64,000 bases of DNA from Trichosphaerium sp. ATCC 40318 (taxonomy: Eukaryota; Protista; Tubulinea): assembly GCA_038496445.1 (NCBI GenBank), contig JALMLS010000556.1, positions 186,001 through 250,000 of the forward strand. Direction: 5' to 3'. Each line of letters begins with the position of its first letter. Position 1 is the stretch's first letter. A model generated the notes under the pieces. The model saw only the letters and a program-made list of their open reading frames with translations, searched no databases and was not told where the DNA came from. The translations under genes and the position numbers were made by a program. Positions 49,745 through 62,155 of this stretch are shown piece after piece.

Positions 49745-50996
49745 TTAACGGTGTAAAAGCTTTATTCTTTCTTCATCAGAATGTATTGATCGTTTCCTAA
49801 ATAACAGGTTTCAACAAGATGATCTTGGTTTAGTTACGAAAAGAACTCAGAAAAAAAAAAGAAAAGAAAGATCTCTGTCTTACCGTGAAACACATGTCGG
49901 TAGAGTTGGTGGAGTGAAACCAGGGTAGAATTTAAACGGCAAAGAAAAAGATGGTCCGTAATGCTGTGTAGAACCTAATTAAACCCGTTACCTTAGCTGG
50001 AGGTTCTGTTATAAATGTATAACTTACCTGTTACTTTGTCTACCTCTGAAGAGATAGAAACATCACCAAGTACGAGTCTATCATCATCTAATCTTTCTAA
50101 TGATACAATTGCAGACAGTGACAATGACAAAGCAGTTAGCGTTGACATGGCAGTAAAATCAAATTGGCATGGTGCTCCAGATGCAAGTGTTGAACTTGGG
50201 AACTGATGAATGGATGGTCCGTCCATAGAGCGCAATAATATGAAAAGTACATCTCCATCAATGACAACTAGGTAAAGTTAGTATGTTGCTAAGTGTACAT
50301 ACGCGTAAAAGTTTTCACTTAAAAATTGTAATCTTCTGCTGTGATCTCCCTACTTACAATCTCCAGTCCCAGCCATTGTAGTGCATGATGCTACAGGTCC
50401 CGACATACAATTAGCAGAAGATGGATCAAAAGTGTACTCCATAAACTGTTGTGAATCTGCGTTAAATATGAAAAACGTGTTTTCTGAAATAAAATCCCCG
50501 CCGAAGTAATTAGCGGTTCTGTCCATTCCATTATTTCCTCTACATATCTCAACATCACTTTCTGTCTTCACTACAAAATTATCTGCTTGGAATAACACTA
50601 ACAGAGAACCATCCAGAGCAGGTACTACAAAAACAGTTATTTTAAGTCAAATCTGCTCAGATTTATTGTGGTTTTTTCTTTGGGATACGTAGTACGTACT
50701 TAGTGCAGTAGATAAAGGGGTATAACCGGTTGGCGTGAGACCTGTGAATTGAACATTGAACAAATCAGGTACTAAAAGTCAGCCTTAGATCGCAGATTTG
50801 AACAACAGTAAAAATACAAAAGTTGTAGCATAAAGTCTTCTAAAGCTTGCGTACTTCCTGAGAGGTCTATACCGACTGTAATTACATTGCTATTAGGTGA
50901 CATCATAGGTTGGGGAGCGTGAATATATCCAGGAGGTCGTTGACAATAGCATGTGCCTACAAAGGCCAAAATGAGAACGATAACTGTATTGTACAT
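49745..50996 (-). CDS. Secreted protein family, copy 4 (6 exons, intact, inverted)
   Basis: MYNTVIVLILAFVGTCYCQRPPGYIH..; same intron positions as copies 1 and 3; ends CVSRKRSIHSDEERIKLLHR*. Confidence 0.87.
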
Positions 50997-50999
50997 GCT

Positions 51000-51550
51000 G
51001 TTTTAGACCTATTGAAAACAAATGAGTAAGGGTCACTTTCTCGTTGTTCTTGGTTATATTTTATTATTGCTGTCGTACAATGTTTACTTCTAGCTTCTTT
51101 TGTGGTGCTTTTGGAAGTCTTTTTGAAGCCACGTATTTACTTAAGTGCAGTTTTTTTTTTCATTGTTCATTGAAAAAATACGGACATCCAACATTTACCT
51201 TCTACTTAGGTGCTCTTTATGGTTGTTTACAAAAAGTGACATCTAAGAATCAGATAAAAGTAAAAATAAAATCATAGGTATGTTATCAGGTAAACCACGG
51301 TAGCTAGGACCGCTAGTTTCAGATTGTCTGATCAAATTTAGAAGTGGCCCAGATCTTCAAATTTGACGTTTCAAATCTCTAGCTCTTAAAAGTTCTCGCG
51401 AACAAGACTTTTGAGTGAATGTAACAAAATGAGACACTAAACTTCAGCAACTTATGCTCATTCTGCAGCAATCAAAACAACCAGACCAGTTGGGGTGCGT
51501 TTTGCTTTATTTGGTGTTGATCATAAAGACATGTAAAAGTTGTATGCTTT
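51000..51550 (-). repeat. Upstream/spacer block shared with other family copies, including a remnant 3' tail
   Basis: Reverse complement of 51000-51300 matches 36530-36817; 51310-51500 matches 32820-33027; 51500-51550 is a decayed exon-6/3' UTR tail (atacaacttttac..gatcaacaccaaataaagcaaaacgc). Confidence 0.85.
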
Positions 51551-52052
51551 GTTAATCAAAAAAAAGGGATGTTTTGATCATCAAGAGCATTAACCACTTC
51601 TTTTACCACAGTCAAATTTCAAGGGTTGTATACAATTGTAGGTACTATTCGCAGAGTTTGTTTTTCTTGTACTTACCTTTTTACAAATCTGTATTATACC
51701 ACTTTAGGTACAGTGTATGTTAGGCCTCTGAGTCTCCCTACTCTCAAGAATGATTGAGTATTTCAACAAAGGGAGCATAGTAACAATAAAAACCAGCTCG
51801 ATAACTTTTACTTACATAGCAATAAAGTTCCATGAATTTGTTAGGTACAACCATACCCTTGGTAATTTTAGAACACGTAAGAATAGGGCGTTGATTGATA
51901 TATTGCAAAACTATGTGCGCAACCTAGACTGCCTAATGGAAAACAAAAGGTTTTTGTATGATACAATGGAGAACGAGACAATGAGTATAAGCTACAAGTT
52001 TTTCTATTGTTTATTTTTTTTATAGGCTGGCTTTTAGTATCAAACACGTGCT

Positions 52053-52910
52053 CTATCTTTTCCTTTTTCTGCGTCTTGTTTTCGTCTTCTTTTTTTTAGG
52101 TTTCTGTGGTTTAGGGCGTTTCTTTGTTGAATTAGTACTTGTCTTCTTTACTTTAGGGTATTTGTTGTTTGATCTATTTGGTTTACTTGTTGGAGAACGT
52201 TGCTTTGTTGAGAGACTTGTCGTTGCTGGAGAACGTTGTGCAGTTGAGTGACTTGTCTTTACTGCAAAAAGACTGGTTCCAAAGATACCTGTATTTCTCT
52301 TCGCTGGTGTGGAATGCTGTGCTGTTGATTGACTCGTTGTTTTCCTCTTCTGCGATAAGTGTTTTTTTCTTAATCGTGTTGTAGTTTCCTTTGCTTCAGA
52401 TAGCTTTGTTTTAAGAAAACCTGTTGCTTTCTTTCTTCTAGAACCCGATGATTCTGATCGGTTCGCGCTCGGACGTGCTGGTAGCTGTTCATCTTCTTTG
52501 TTAAAATACATTTCGTTGATGATGTCTTGCTCCCAAACACTCATTTCTGTCTCTTCAACCGAAGGATCATCTGCGTTCTTGCTGTTTATTGATGCCTTGT
52601 ACGAAACTGATCCATCGGGTCTTATACTCCAACCACTGACACAGTAGTTACCGGTTGTTGTTATCCATCCTTGGTGTGAAGCGAACTCGACTAACTTCTC
52701 GTGTGAAGATTCAATATCTTCCATATGTACTTCTCCTTGTGCTATGACGCATGTTGTACTTATGCGTCTGTAAACCATGATACATGTGTATCCAAGAGTT
52801 GATTTTTTTGGAAGTTGGAATGTCTGTTTTCCGCATACATACGATACGTAGTAAGGCGAGATATCTGTTGTAAATAGTGCGTTTAGAACACTTGTCTCAG
52901 TTCTTCCCAT
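52053..52910 (-). CDS. Intronless hypothetical protein with highly basic, S/T-rich C-terminal tail
   Basis: 285-aa ORF with three short TS.ST(A/K)Q.S repeats and a K/R-rich end (KPKKKKTKTRRRKRKR). Confidence 0.7.
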   Translation of the reverse strand: MGRTETSVLNALFTTDISPYYVSYVCGKQTFQLPKKSTLGYTCIMVYRRISTTCVIAQGEVHMEDIESSHEKLVEFASHQGWITTTGNYCVSGWSIRPDGSVSYKASINSKNADDPSVEETEMSVWEQDIINEMYFNKEDEQLPARPSANRSESSGSRRKKATGFLKTKLSEAKETTTRLRKKHLSQKRKTTSQSTAQHSTPAKRNTGIFGTSLFAVKTSHSTAQRSPATTSLSTKQRSPTSKPNRSNNKYPKVKKTSTNSTKKRPKPQKPKKKKTKTRRRKRKR

Positions 52911-53451
52911 GACAGTATTGGTTTAAATTGTTTGTGTTGTGTTGTATGAACGTGTAGTTTATGTTTTATGTTCGGTGGTATTATGAATTATAGAAACATG
53001 TATGACGTTACAATATCACGTGAAATATTCATTAAACCCACAATTTCATTAGGATCTATGTGATTTTCCCGGATTGTCACGGTGTCTCAGTATCCAACAG
53101 TTAATACAGCAGAGCCTCTGTAGAATATCAATTCACCACGTGGGAAATATTTAAATTATCCGGCGAAATAATTTTTTTTCTCTAGAGGTGTTCCTTACGC
53201 GCAAACGTAGGAGAAATCTGTGGCTTTTTTTAGATTCTTGTTTCGCCTGGATGCTTCTGAGCTGCCCTATTACTAAAAGTAGCTGTGTCGATTAGCTTTA
53301 TTATTCTTAGGTGCTGCTACGCAAGCCAGCGCTTGCGATAGTATTTCAATATCGATGTTCTTAGGAAACTAATATTTTTAAGCATCTTCAGTCTGTACAT
53401 TGTTGAAATCGTTAGGATTATTGTAACTGTTCAGTTTATTGAGGTAATGAT

Positions 53452-54051
53452 TTAACAGTGTGGTAAGATGGTGAGACCCTTATTACATGGGTTATAGGCA
53501 AGAATAGGAACGGGACAATAGCTAAGTAAAGTGTTATTAGAGAATTATACCAATATGGTACCCATTGGTTCCAAAGTGGAAGCTGATCGTTAGTGGTTGT
53601 GCAGCGCACAGGTATCCTTTGAGATCAAAGTAAAGATCTCCACGAACATCATTTGGGCAGTTGCATGTAGGGACCCACCTACAAGAAGGTGTTTTGCATC
53701 CTAGGGAGCAATGCAAATGGCTTGCTATGGATGTGGTAAGAGGGTGAAAGAATCGCTTAAGATTGTACCTTCTGGTGCCTGAATAGGGCCCATGCTGCCG
53801 TTTCCTTTTACATCAATTGTAATAATGAGGTGTTCTTTTGTTACTACTAGCTTTACGACAGTGCAAAAATAGAAGGCGTTAAAACGAGATATCACGTTTT
53901 TAGGCATCCACTCATATCTTAGAAAATGACAAGCACCTCCACCGTATCCTGGCTGCGCTGGGCTAGTTTGAAAAGATGGATTGCCGCCGTATCCAGGTTG
54001 TTGGAATGTTGGGTTACCACCGAATCCTTGTTGAGGTTGTCCGTATTGCAT
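53452..54051 (-). CDS. Hypothetical protein with G/Q/P-rich N-terminus and Cys-containing beta domain
   Basis: MQYGQPQQGFGGNP..; an intron at about 53725-53768 restores the frame to ASHLHCSLGCK..VRGDLYFDLKG..ISFHFGTNG. The last exon is uncertain. Confidence 0.6.
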
Positions 54052-54948
54052 GTTTGATGAGGTGTTGTTGATGAGTGTTTGAATTACAAATGAAGGAAGA
54101 TGTAGAACGTGCCCTTGTTAAGTATTGTGTTCGTTATTTTAATCTGCTGTTGATGATTATATGACAGGTTGCTCTCTGTTGTATCTACTTGGTACTGAAA
54201 CTGAATGGTTGTAAGCATTAGAGTCGTATTGCGTTCTTTACAGTGTGGCAGTTTTTAATCTTCACTCATCGTTCGCATAATAGAGCAACACCGTCAAACA
54301 ACCCAAATACTGTACCTTGCAGCTGTATGAATATCGTAGCGCCTTTTGAATAAAAAGGTCTTTCCAACGGTGTGTTATGATAACGTTTTATAAAAGGTAA
54401 CTTTTATTCAGTTACAATAGATCATCATAGGGCGTTAGTGTTATTTTACAACGTGGCACACGACAAAAATTGGTACCACGCATAAAATATGTACAATTTT
54501 TTTATATCTACAAAGCAGCATAGTCATAAGACTAGTAGGTATTCAAACGTCTTGACTTTCTCTAAAGTGGAACCTACTGAAAACTGACAGCCAGCAAAAA
54601 AATAAAAGTTGTACCGCGTGGGTGTATTGTTATTTTCAAATTTATCATTCTTCGTGTCACGTGTCATGAAGCGATATTTTTTCTTTCAACAATGAAGAAG
54701 CCGGCGTTCATTTCCTTATTTCATTGTAGTCGATTAAAATAAAAGCAATGACATAAAGAAAAGTCACAAGAACAATACAATAAAACGCTGAACTCCATGT
54801 TACTTATCGCATTTACTGACCATTATTTATATGGTAGAAGTATCATTGTATCCGTCAGAACTTACAGGTTGGGCATGACCGGATTTTTGTTAGGAGTGAT
54901 GTAACGAGAAGACTTAAATTCCTTACAATTCAGGTTAAATGAACGTGT

Positions 54949-56367
54949 TTATTTCAGTCTCTCCTTTCTTTTTCTGCCGTACTTTACATTGTTTGCACGT
55001 ATGATATTGAATGGATAAGGTGTAGGTATTTTAGATGCTTCGTCTAGTTGTTTCATATGTTCAGGCGATAGCTTAAACTCTAGAGCGCCAACATTGTCTT
55101 TGTATTGACCAAATGTGGTTGCACCAATGAGTGTTGATGTAACACCTGGTCGTTGCATACACCCTATATTTTAGATTAGGTATTTAAGTATTCAAGATTG
55201 ATGTATACATCTTATTGATATTTGTGCCATTGAGTGTTTTGTTTCAGTAGCTATACGCTTTAGAGTTGTTAAAACTGGAAGTGTTCTATTAAAGCATTAT
55301 TTAGTAGAATGGTAGGCATATTAACGTACTGAGGTTTTTTTGCAGTACTATAGTTTTGTTCTACAAATCGGTTCTTCTCTGCCCATGCAACTCTTCCTTC
55401 TGTGGGAGTTGATGAAACCTTATATCGTCCTGTGAGCCATCCTCCTTTCAGAGGTGACCAAGCCAAATATGCTAAATTGTTATCTCTACAAACGCTAAAT
55501 AAATCCCACTCTGCTTCTCTTGAAAGCAAGTTGTACTGAGACTGTAAACTAATAATGCCTAAGTATCATTTTTCTTAGTGCTCTTCATATTGTGTATGGA
55601 TCTTACCTTCAAGTTGATGAAACTCGGCATAGTCACAAGCCTAAAACGGGCTGTTATTATTCTGATTTTTTGGCAAAATGTGTTCACGTGCTTTTTGTAT
55701 TTGCCATGACGCCCAATTACCAAGCCCAATATAACGTACCTTACCACTACGTACAATATCATGGATTGTTGATAATATCTCTCTCATAGGTGTTGCACCA
55801 TCATACATATTAAGCTGTGCGCAAAGAGTCAAAAGATTTTTTTGTATAAGAACAAACCTGGAATAAGTCGATGTAGTCGGTGTTAAGAGTTTTGAGTGTT
55901 TCTTCAACTGATTTAATTAGTTTATTCCTACAATATCCACCCATAGTACCACCATCATTAACATCCAAATGTGCTAAAGAGTGTTACAAGTTCACCTTAC
56001 GAGAAAAAAAAGAAATTTTAGCTCAACCTTTTGCTGCAAGTACAACTCTGTCTCTTTGAATCTCGGACATAAAGCTACCAACTATGTACAATATCAAACT
56101 GACGTTTCTTTTACACTTGTCATCGCACTTATTTGTTCAGCACCACTAGTCTCGATGAAATTACCTCCTCTAGCAATAAAATCTTTGACAATCACAGAAA
56201 CGTCACAAGCTGGCACGTTGTTAATGCCAAATGACATGCAGCCTTAAATTTCGTTAGAAAGTTGATATTATTACTACAAACGGCATACCGAGACACAACT
56301 CTGACACTTTTAAACCTGAGTTACCCAAAAACCGGTAATTCATTTTATTTACGCTTGTTCTATCCAT
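54949..56367 (-). CDS. Aldo-keto reductase (aryl-alcohol dehydrogenase / Tas-like)
   Basis: YRFLGNSGLKVSELCLG|CMSFG, GGNFIET, SGKVRYIG, QYNLLSREAE, AWSPLKGGWLTGRY, TLIGATT. Confidence 0.92.
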
Positions 56368-56588
56368 TTTAGTTATTTTCAAGTCTGTTTATGCAGTTTT
56401 AAGACTTCTCCGTTCTCTCGTTGCTAAACGTAGTTTACAAACAATAAAAGTACCCAATTACCTTTCACACGTTATAAGAGCACTATTTAAAATGTATCGA
56501 AGCAAATGCCGGCTTTTTGTACCCAAATACCGAAAAGTTTTGTCTGAATTTGTTCTTTCCTTGTTTAGCCAAATAATACAATTCTCGT

Positions 56589-58107
56589 ATGCTAAAAGGG
56601 TTGCTCTTATCCCTACTATTACTATACTCATATAAGGTCACGTGCAGTTGTGTTACTGATCAACTGAACGCGAATGATGATTGGACAGGCGCAATTTCGT
56701 ACCCTGGTACTGTCATTTACAAAAACGCCGTTCAAATAGACAATGCGCTCGCGCAAAAGGCACCAGCATTAGTTATATCTCCAGAGGACTTTGATGCGGT
56801 ATCCGCAGTGCTAAGCGCTGTACAATATTGTAACACTACGTTCTCAACGCTAAGTGGAGGTCATTCCGCAGAAGGGTTAGTGAGAAAACACCGTTCTTCA
56901 AATGTTAACAAGCCGTAGATACAGTTTAAATGATGGTGGCGTAGTCCTACAACTTCGTACATACTTTAACGATATAGTGCTTTACGAAAACGGTACGATG
57001 CGCGTGGGCGCTGGTGTTCGTTGGAACGACATTTATCGTCGTCTTCAAAATACTTCTTGGGTAGCTCTTGGCGGTGGATGCCCTTTAGTTGGTGTGGCTG
57101 GGTTTCTGCTAGGTGGCGGATGGTCTTTTCTATCGCGCAGTTATGGACTTGGATCTGACAATGTGCTAGAGGTCACGTTTATGCTTGCAAATGGAACTGT
57201 AGTAAAAGCATCAGAAAATGAAAATGTTGAATTGTTTTGGGCGTCAAGAGGCGGAGGAGGCGGTAATTTTGGTATTGCTTTATCCTTTGTTTTACAGCTT
57301 CACAAGCCGTACAATGTACCAACCGCAGTCAGTAGTGGCTCAAACGATAATGAATATACCGACCAAATGCTAATGGGAGAAGTATGCTGGCAACCATTTT
57401 CTTCTGTTGTAAGACAAGCATGGAGTATATGGTTAGAAGGTATAGATACATTGCCGGATTGGATAGATATAGATCCAGTTTGGCTTCCTTTTGGTAAAAA
57501 CAAGGCGAGGCTATTCTGTGTGACTGTTATATGCAATAACAATCCATCCACGTGCTCTGAAAACAATGTGCTTAAATCACTCATTGACCTCAGTGATGAT
57601 CTCGAACTGAATACATTAAAACCTCAAAGGTTCAATGACTGGTCAGTTAAAAACACAAATGTAACGTCTGCTCAAAGAGGTTATTTATACTTGACTTCTG
57701 GTTTCCTCAAACCTGGAGCATTCAATCTTGATCTAGTAGACATGCTAATGAATTCGCTTGAATCTTTTCCTAATCCTAGAAATCTTGTGCTGTTTCACGT
57801 GGGAGGTGGAGCAATATCTAGAATCTCTTCAAACGCAACAGCATTTTATCATAGAGACAGCGTATTGCTTATCCAGATCAAGGCAATTTGGGATGATCCA
57901 CAAGATGAACAAGCTAACATTGATTGGGTCAACAAAATGCGTACACTACTGTTACCATATTTGAGCGGTTCTTATGTTAATTATATTGATCCTAACTTCC
58001 CTGATTGGCCACAGGCATACTATGGAGAAAACTTGGATCGCTTACAGCGCATACGTAGGTTGTATGATCCCACAAACTTCTTTGCGTTTGAGCAATCGAT
58101 ACCTTAA
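56589..58107 (+). CDS. Secreted berberine-bridge-enzyme-like FAD oxidoreductase, 1 intron
   Basis: Signal peptide; SGGHSAEG|YS (covalent His); GGGCPLVGVAGFLLGGG (covalent Cys); LFWASRGGGGGNFGI; C-terminal YVNY..YYGENLDRL..YDPTNFF..QSIP. Confidence 0.93.
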
Positions 58108-61100
58108 CTTCTGAGAATAGTCACTTCTGTACACAAAAACTTAATATAGTCGTAAATACAATATCGTTGATGAACACTTTGTATCAATATGTTTTGAGTC
58201 TATGTTGTATCAATGACACTATGGCCTGTTTTAGAGGCGCAATCTGCGCTCTTGGTCTCAAGTACTGTCCAGGTATACATTGATTTAAGCTCGTCTACCT
58301 CCTTTATTAGGTATTACTGACGAAAGTGAATGCTTCAACCCTCGTACTCAAAGATGTTACAACAAGCAAATATAAAAAGTGTCGTTTGATTGCTTTGTTT
58401 TCTTAATGTAGCACAGGTTCATCTACGGAGTATTGAATAATATTCATCATTTTCTGTGCCTTATTACTTGTTTTCAGTACGTAAAGATATCACATGTGAC
58501 ATTATCTGACGCTTCCTTACGTTTGCGCAGGAACTATTGTAAACTGTGGTTGGAACCATCACTTAAAAACAAAGAAAGGTAAACCTGTATTAGTCTACAG
58601 CCTGGATCATTACGATTCAAAGACGCACCTTAACCTTGGTATCAAGCTCACTGATAAAGCAAGGAACACGACTTGTAAGCATTTTGTACAAATCTCGGAA
58701 GTTTGGAAGCACAAGACTGTTGTCACTCCAAATGCTAACTCAAGCCGGAATTGCCCGTAATCGGCAAAAAGTATAATCTACCAAAGATCGCTTGCTCAAA
58801 AAAACAGTACAAAAACTTTATTTTTGGCATCGCCGTGCGTAGGTGATGCTACTATAGCATTATTTTCTTTTTGCAACAAAGAGCAAGGGATAACAATACG
58901 GACTATACAATTACGTCACAGTCGAGTAAACACTAAAGCTTTTGATCTCTCTGCAACTCAAGTATACGTAACTTGTTTGTCCAAGGTTAAACGCCACACA
59001 ATCCGTATTATGATAATACCACTAATGCAACGTGTACATAACTGCAGATAACAATGAACGAAACCAAGGTCGAAACCAAAAAAAACTACCGTTAAAGAAA
59101 AGTCGTGACTTTGCTTCTTGTGGAGGAAGACCTAAAGCTGCAACAACACAGGAGTATTAGCTTGAACTCTGTTTGGCTTTTATTGTAGAGGTATCCCATT
59201 CGTAGGTGATAAGGGTTTACTGTTACCTCGTGCAGCTCCGTTGTGGTTTTTAGTCTTTTCTCCATCGCCCGTACTCAATACTTTACCCGGCGTTCCAAAC
59301 AACATAAGGAACCTTAATTAAATTTCTTGTGCAACTTCTCATCTTTGTCAGTAGCACAGCGCTCATTACTTTACAGCACCTAGTGATCCTTCTTTTGAGG
59401 CTCTTGCTCAAAACCACTTGTTATTATGTCCTATTTTGTTTTGAGGCTACAACGCTCACGGTGCACGCATATACAGTGCTGGCGTTGCGTTGAGTGGTAT
59501 TGCAGAACTAGTTGTTTTTTTTGCGCCTAATAGTCACACACGCGTGCTGAGGGTTTCTACGGTGTTAATTGAGCACAAAAGCTCAAAGGCGTTTTGTTGC
59601 AAGTCGCAAGTTGCTTTACGCATGCAACTTTACGCATGCAACTGGTCACGTACCCGAAACCAACTGCAGTATTACTTCATTCGGGCATTAGCTTGTTTCA
59701 CTGTCAGGTGTTATGTTTACACGCGTACAATACTCAGTCCCTGGTACAAAAACCAGGATAATCGATCGCTTGAAGAAAGGCATTAGCACTGCAAGGTATT
59801 CGCTATTTTTTGGTTATAAAGGTTAAATAGTTGAAAAACCTTTTCGTTCGAACGTTTTGCAATTTTTTTCTGCTTGTTCGAAACGCTTAAGTTCGGTAAT
59901 GCTGCTTCTACCAAAATCGTAGGCCCAGGCATTGAGCACTGCAAGCACGCGTTCGTTGACAGAATCAACAACCACGTGAAAGTTGAAAAACTTGCGGAGA
60001 ATGATCAATTTTGTTTTGTGGTTGCTATCATCTAGCAACATGCTACATGTTAATAAAGCCCTTATTACGTTCTATACGCCTTTCTACAATATCAATAGCA
60101 CTGAGTTTAGAAGCATTTTCACAATGTGCTACTTCTACATACTTTTGTCTGCATTGCTTAAAACGCCTCATTCTAAGACAGACGTACATACCGTAGTTGC
60201 AATGAGTGCTTTCAAAGTGAGGAAGACATCACTAGGCGGAGTGTAATCGTGAGGTTTGCTACTTCAAGATTTACGAAAGTCTTCTTCCTAGTTCATTTGT
60301 GTTAACTACGAAACGTTAAGGGCGACACACTGACTATGATACAGTACTGTATACAACAACTTAAAAAGGAACGTATATTACAAGTGGGTAGGTAAAGGAA
60401 GTGATCATACTGGAATTTCAGTTGAACAAATTCGCAAGTGATGCGCTCAATAATCAGATGTCAATGTTAAACTGTAGCAATCACGTGTTTCACTATTCCG
60501 TTTTGATTTGACACAGTAAAATCATCTAGCATGTGGTGAGCCTTGTTTTTCTAGTGTATGTTTTGCGCTTGTGTGGCCACGACAAGTTTATATTGAGGTG
60601 TAAACAAGAGTATAGTAAGTTAAGCTAACTGATTGTTTATTGGTGAGAGAATATTGGCTTACATGGATCTACTTGCTTGTACTTTCAAGTTGAGCTAGTT
60701 TGGTCTCAATGTATTGTAGGCTGGTGACGATTTCTGTTAATGTGGCAATTTGTTGTTGTGATACGGGAGTAAAGAAAGAGAAAAGAAGTTAAGAGGACAA
60801 CAGGCTACCAAAGTCATATTGGTAGATCGCTTAGGTAGACCTCTCAAAGAAAATAGAGTACTCATGCAGTGTACGATGAGCTTGTTGTTGCTCAAGGTAC
60901 TAGAAATTACAAAAATTGTCTTATAACTCGCCTTTAGATAATCAAGCTGTTGCTCGTTGCATCATTAAAGTTGTACCAAAAGATTCCCAAACGAAAAAAA
61001 CACAAAATACAAATAAACCCGAAGACAGATGACCTCTCCGACTCTAATGACAAGTTTACTAGCAACCGGTAAGAAGTCACATCTTTTGCTTATTTAAACT

Positions 61101-61117
61101 TACGCTGTTGTACTAGA

Positions 61118-61491
61118 AAACTATGGGATGCCCATGTGGATTCAACTAATGACCAGCAATCAACTAGCAATGATGTATATCTCGACATACAATTACAGAA
61201 AGCAAAAGTAGCAGAAAACAATGCCGACCTGAAGCGAGACAATGCCAGCCTAACAGAAAGTGGCAACAACCTACAGCAAGACAATATCAAGTTGACAGAA
61301 TGTGTCAAGACTTGAAGGACGACAATGTCAAATTAACAGAAAGCAATGCCATCATTAAAGAAAGCATCAAAAACCTGAAGAAAGATATTGTCAACTTATC
61401 CAAAAGCAATGCCATCCTAAAGCAAGATAATATTACCGAAAGGAAAAGCCTACCTGGCCTACAAGAGAGACATGCCACTCTACTTGCGTAA
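61118..61491 (+). CDS. Coiled-coil heptad-repeat exon of an incompletely resolved gene or pseudogene
   Basis: AENNADLKRDNASLTESGNNLQQDNIKLTEC.DLKDDNVKLTESNAIIKESIKNLKKDIVNL, with 21/42-nt periodicity and one frameshift near 61308. Confidence 0.45.
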
Positions 61492-61791
61492 AGAAACAAG
61501 TAGGCTCCACTATCAGCAACACGTTGCCAATATTCATTCGCACAAATAAAGCATTTTACTTACTCATTGTTCTCTTCGTAGCGCATCATAACACAGACTT
61601 GGTTTCAATCAATATTTCATTGTCAATCTTTTCTGGATTTCTCACAAGTACTTAAGCGCGCCACCACTGATGGAAATAGAACAAGCACTGAGCTATGCTG
61701 TTTGTTTGGATTGAAGTCTTATACGCTAAGTATGTAAGTACCTTCACAGAGTGCTCCAGCGATACATGTGACTGTTTCTGGTAGTTTCATC

Positions 61792-62155
61792 TAACGCCCT
61801 TCCGTTATGAATGAATAATTTGAATATTCAAATACAGCCTACATTCACAAATATTCACGACTAAAAAAATTCATTCATTATTCATGCACACAGTAAAAGG
61901 CCGAAAATTGTGCAATTTGATGGCTGATTATGACTGGATTTGTGGGTTTTGGCGTTCTGTTGACTATTCCGATTCGGTTTTCAAATGCAACTTGTTGAAT
62001 CTATCCATTTGGAACATCGCGAGGTGCTACAAACCAAAAGCTCCTCAACATCCTGACTCACCAAACGCCCATGAATATTCATGAATGAATATTAAAATAT
62101 GGCGTACAGTACAATGAATATGAATATTGCTTGTATTCATAATGGAAGGGCGTTA
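61792..62155. mobile_element. 364-bp non-autonomous DNA transposon (MITE), hAT-like
   Basis: TIRs taacgcccttccgttatgaat / attcataatggaagggcgtta (20/21 match); identical 8-bp flanks GTTTCATC at 61784-61791 and 62156-62163; subterminal TGAATATTCA/ATGAAT motifs. Confidence 0.88.

Noticed and set aside
58200-60900. Gene-poor stretch with a 14-bp tandem duplication (59614-59643), short direct repeats (59780-59990) and a small hairpin similar to 53190-53215
   Set aside because: No coherent ORF, TIR, LTR or transposase/RT motif could be established; probably decayed sequence.
1650-61310. Recurrent single-base frameshifts (ERG25 ~1655, ALDH ~2307, LRR-A ~12740, SPRY ~34175, coiled-coil ~61308) as programmed frameshifting or RNA editing
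   Set aside because: All fall in short A/T homopolymers, the typical long-read consensus error. No shared slippery or stimulatory structure was seen. Short-read polishing would settle it.
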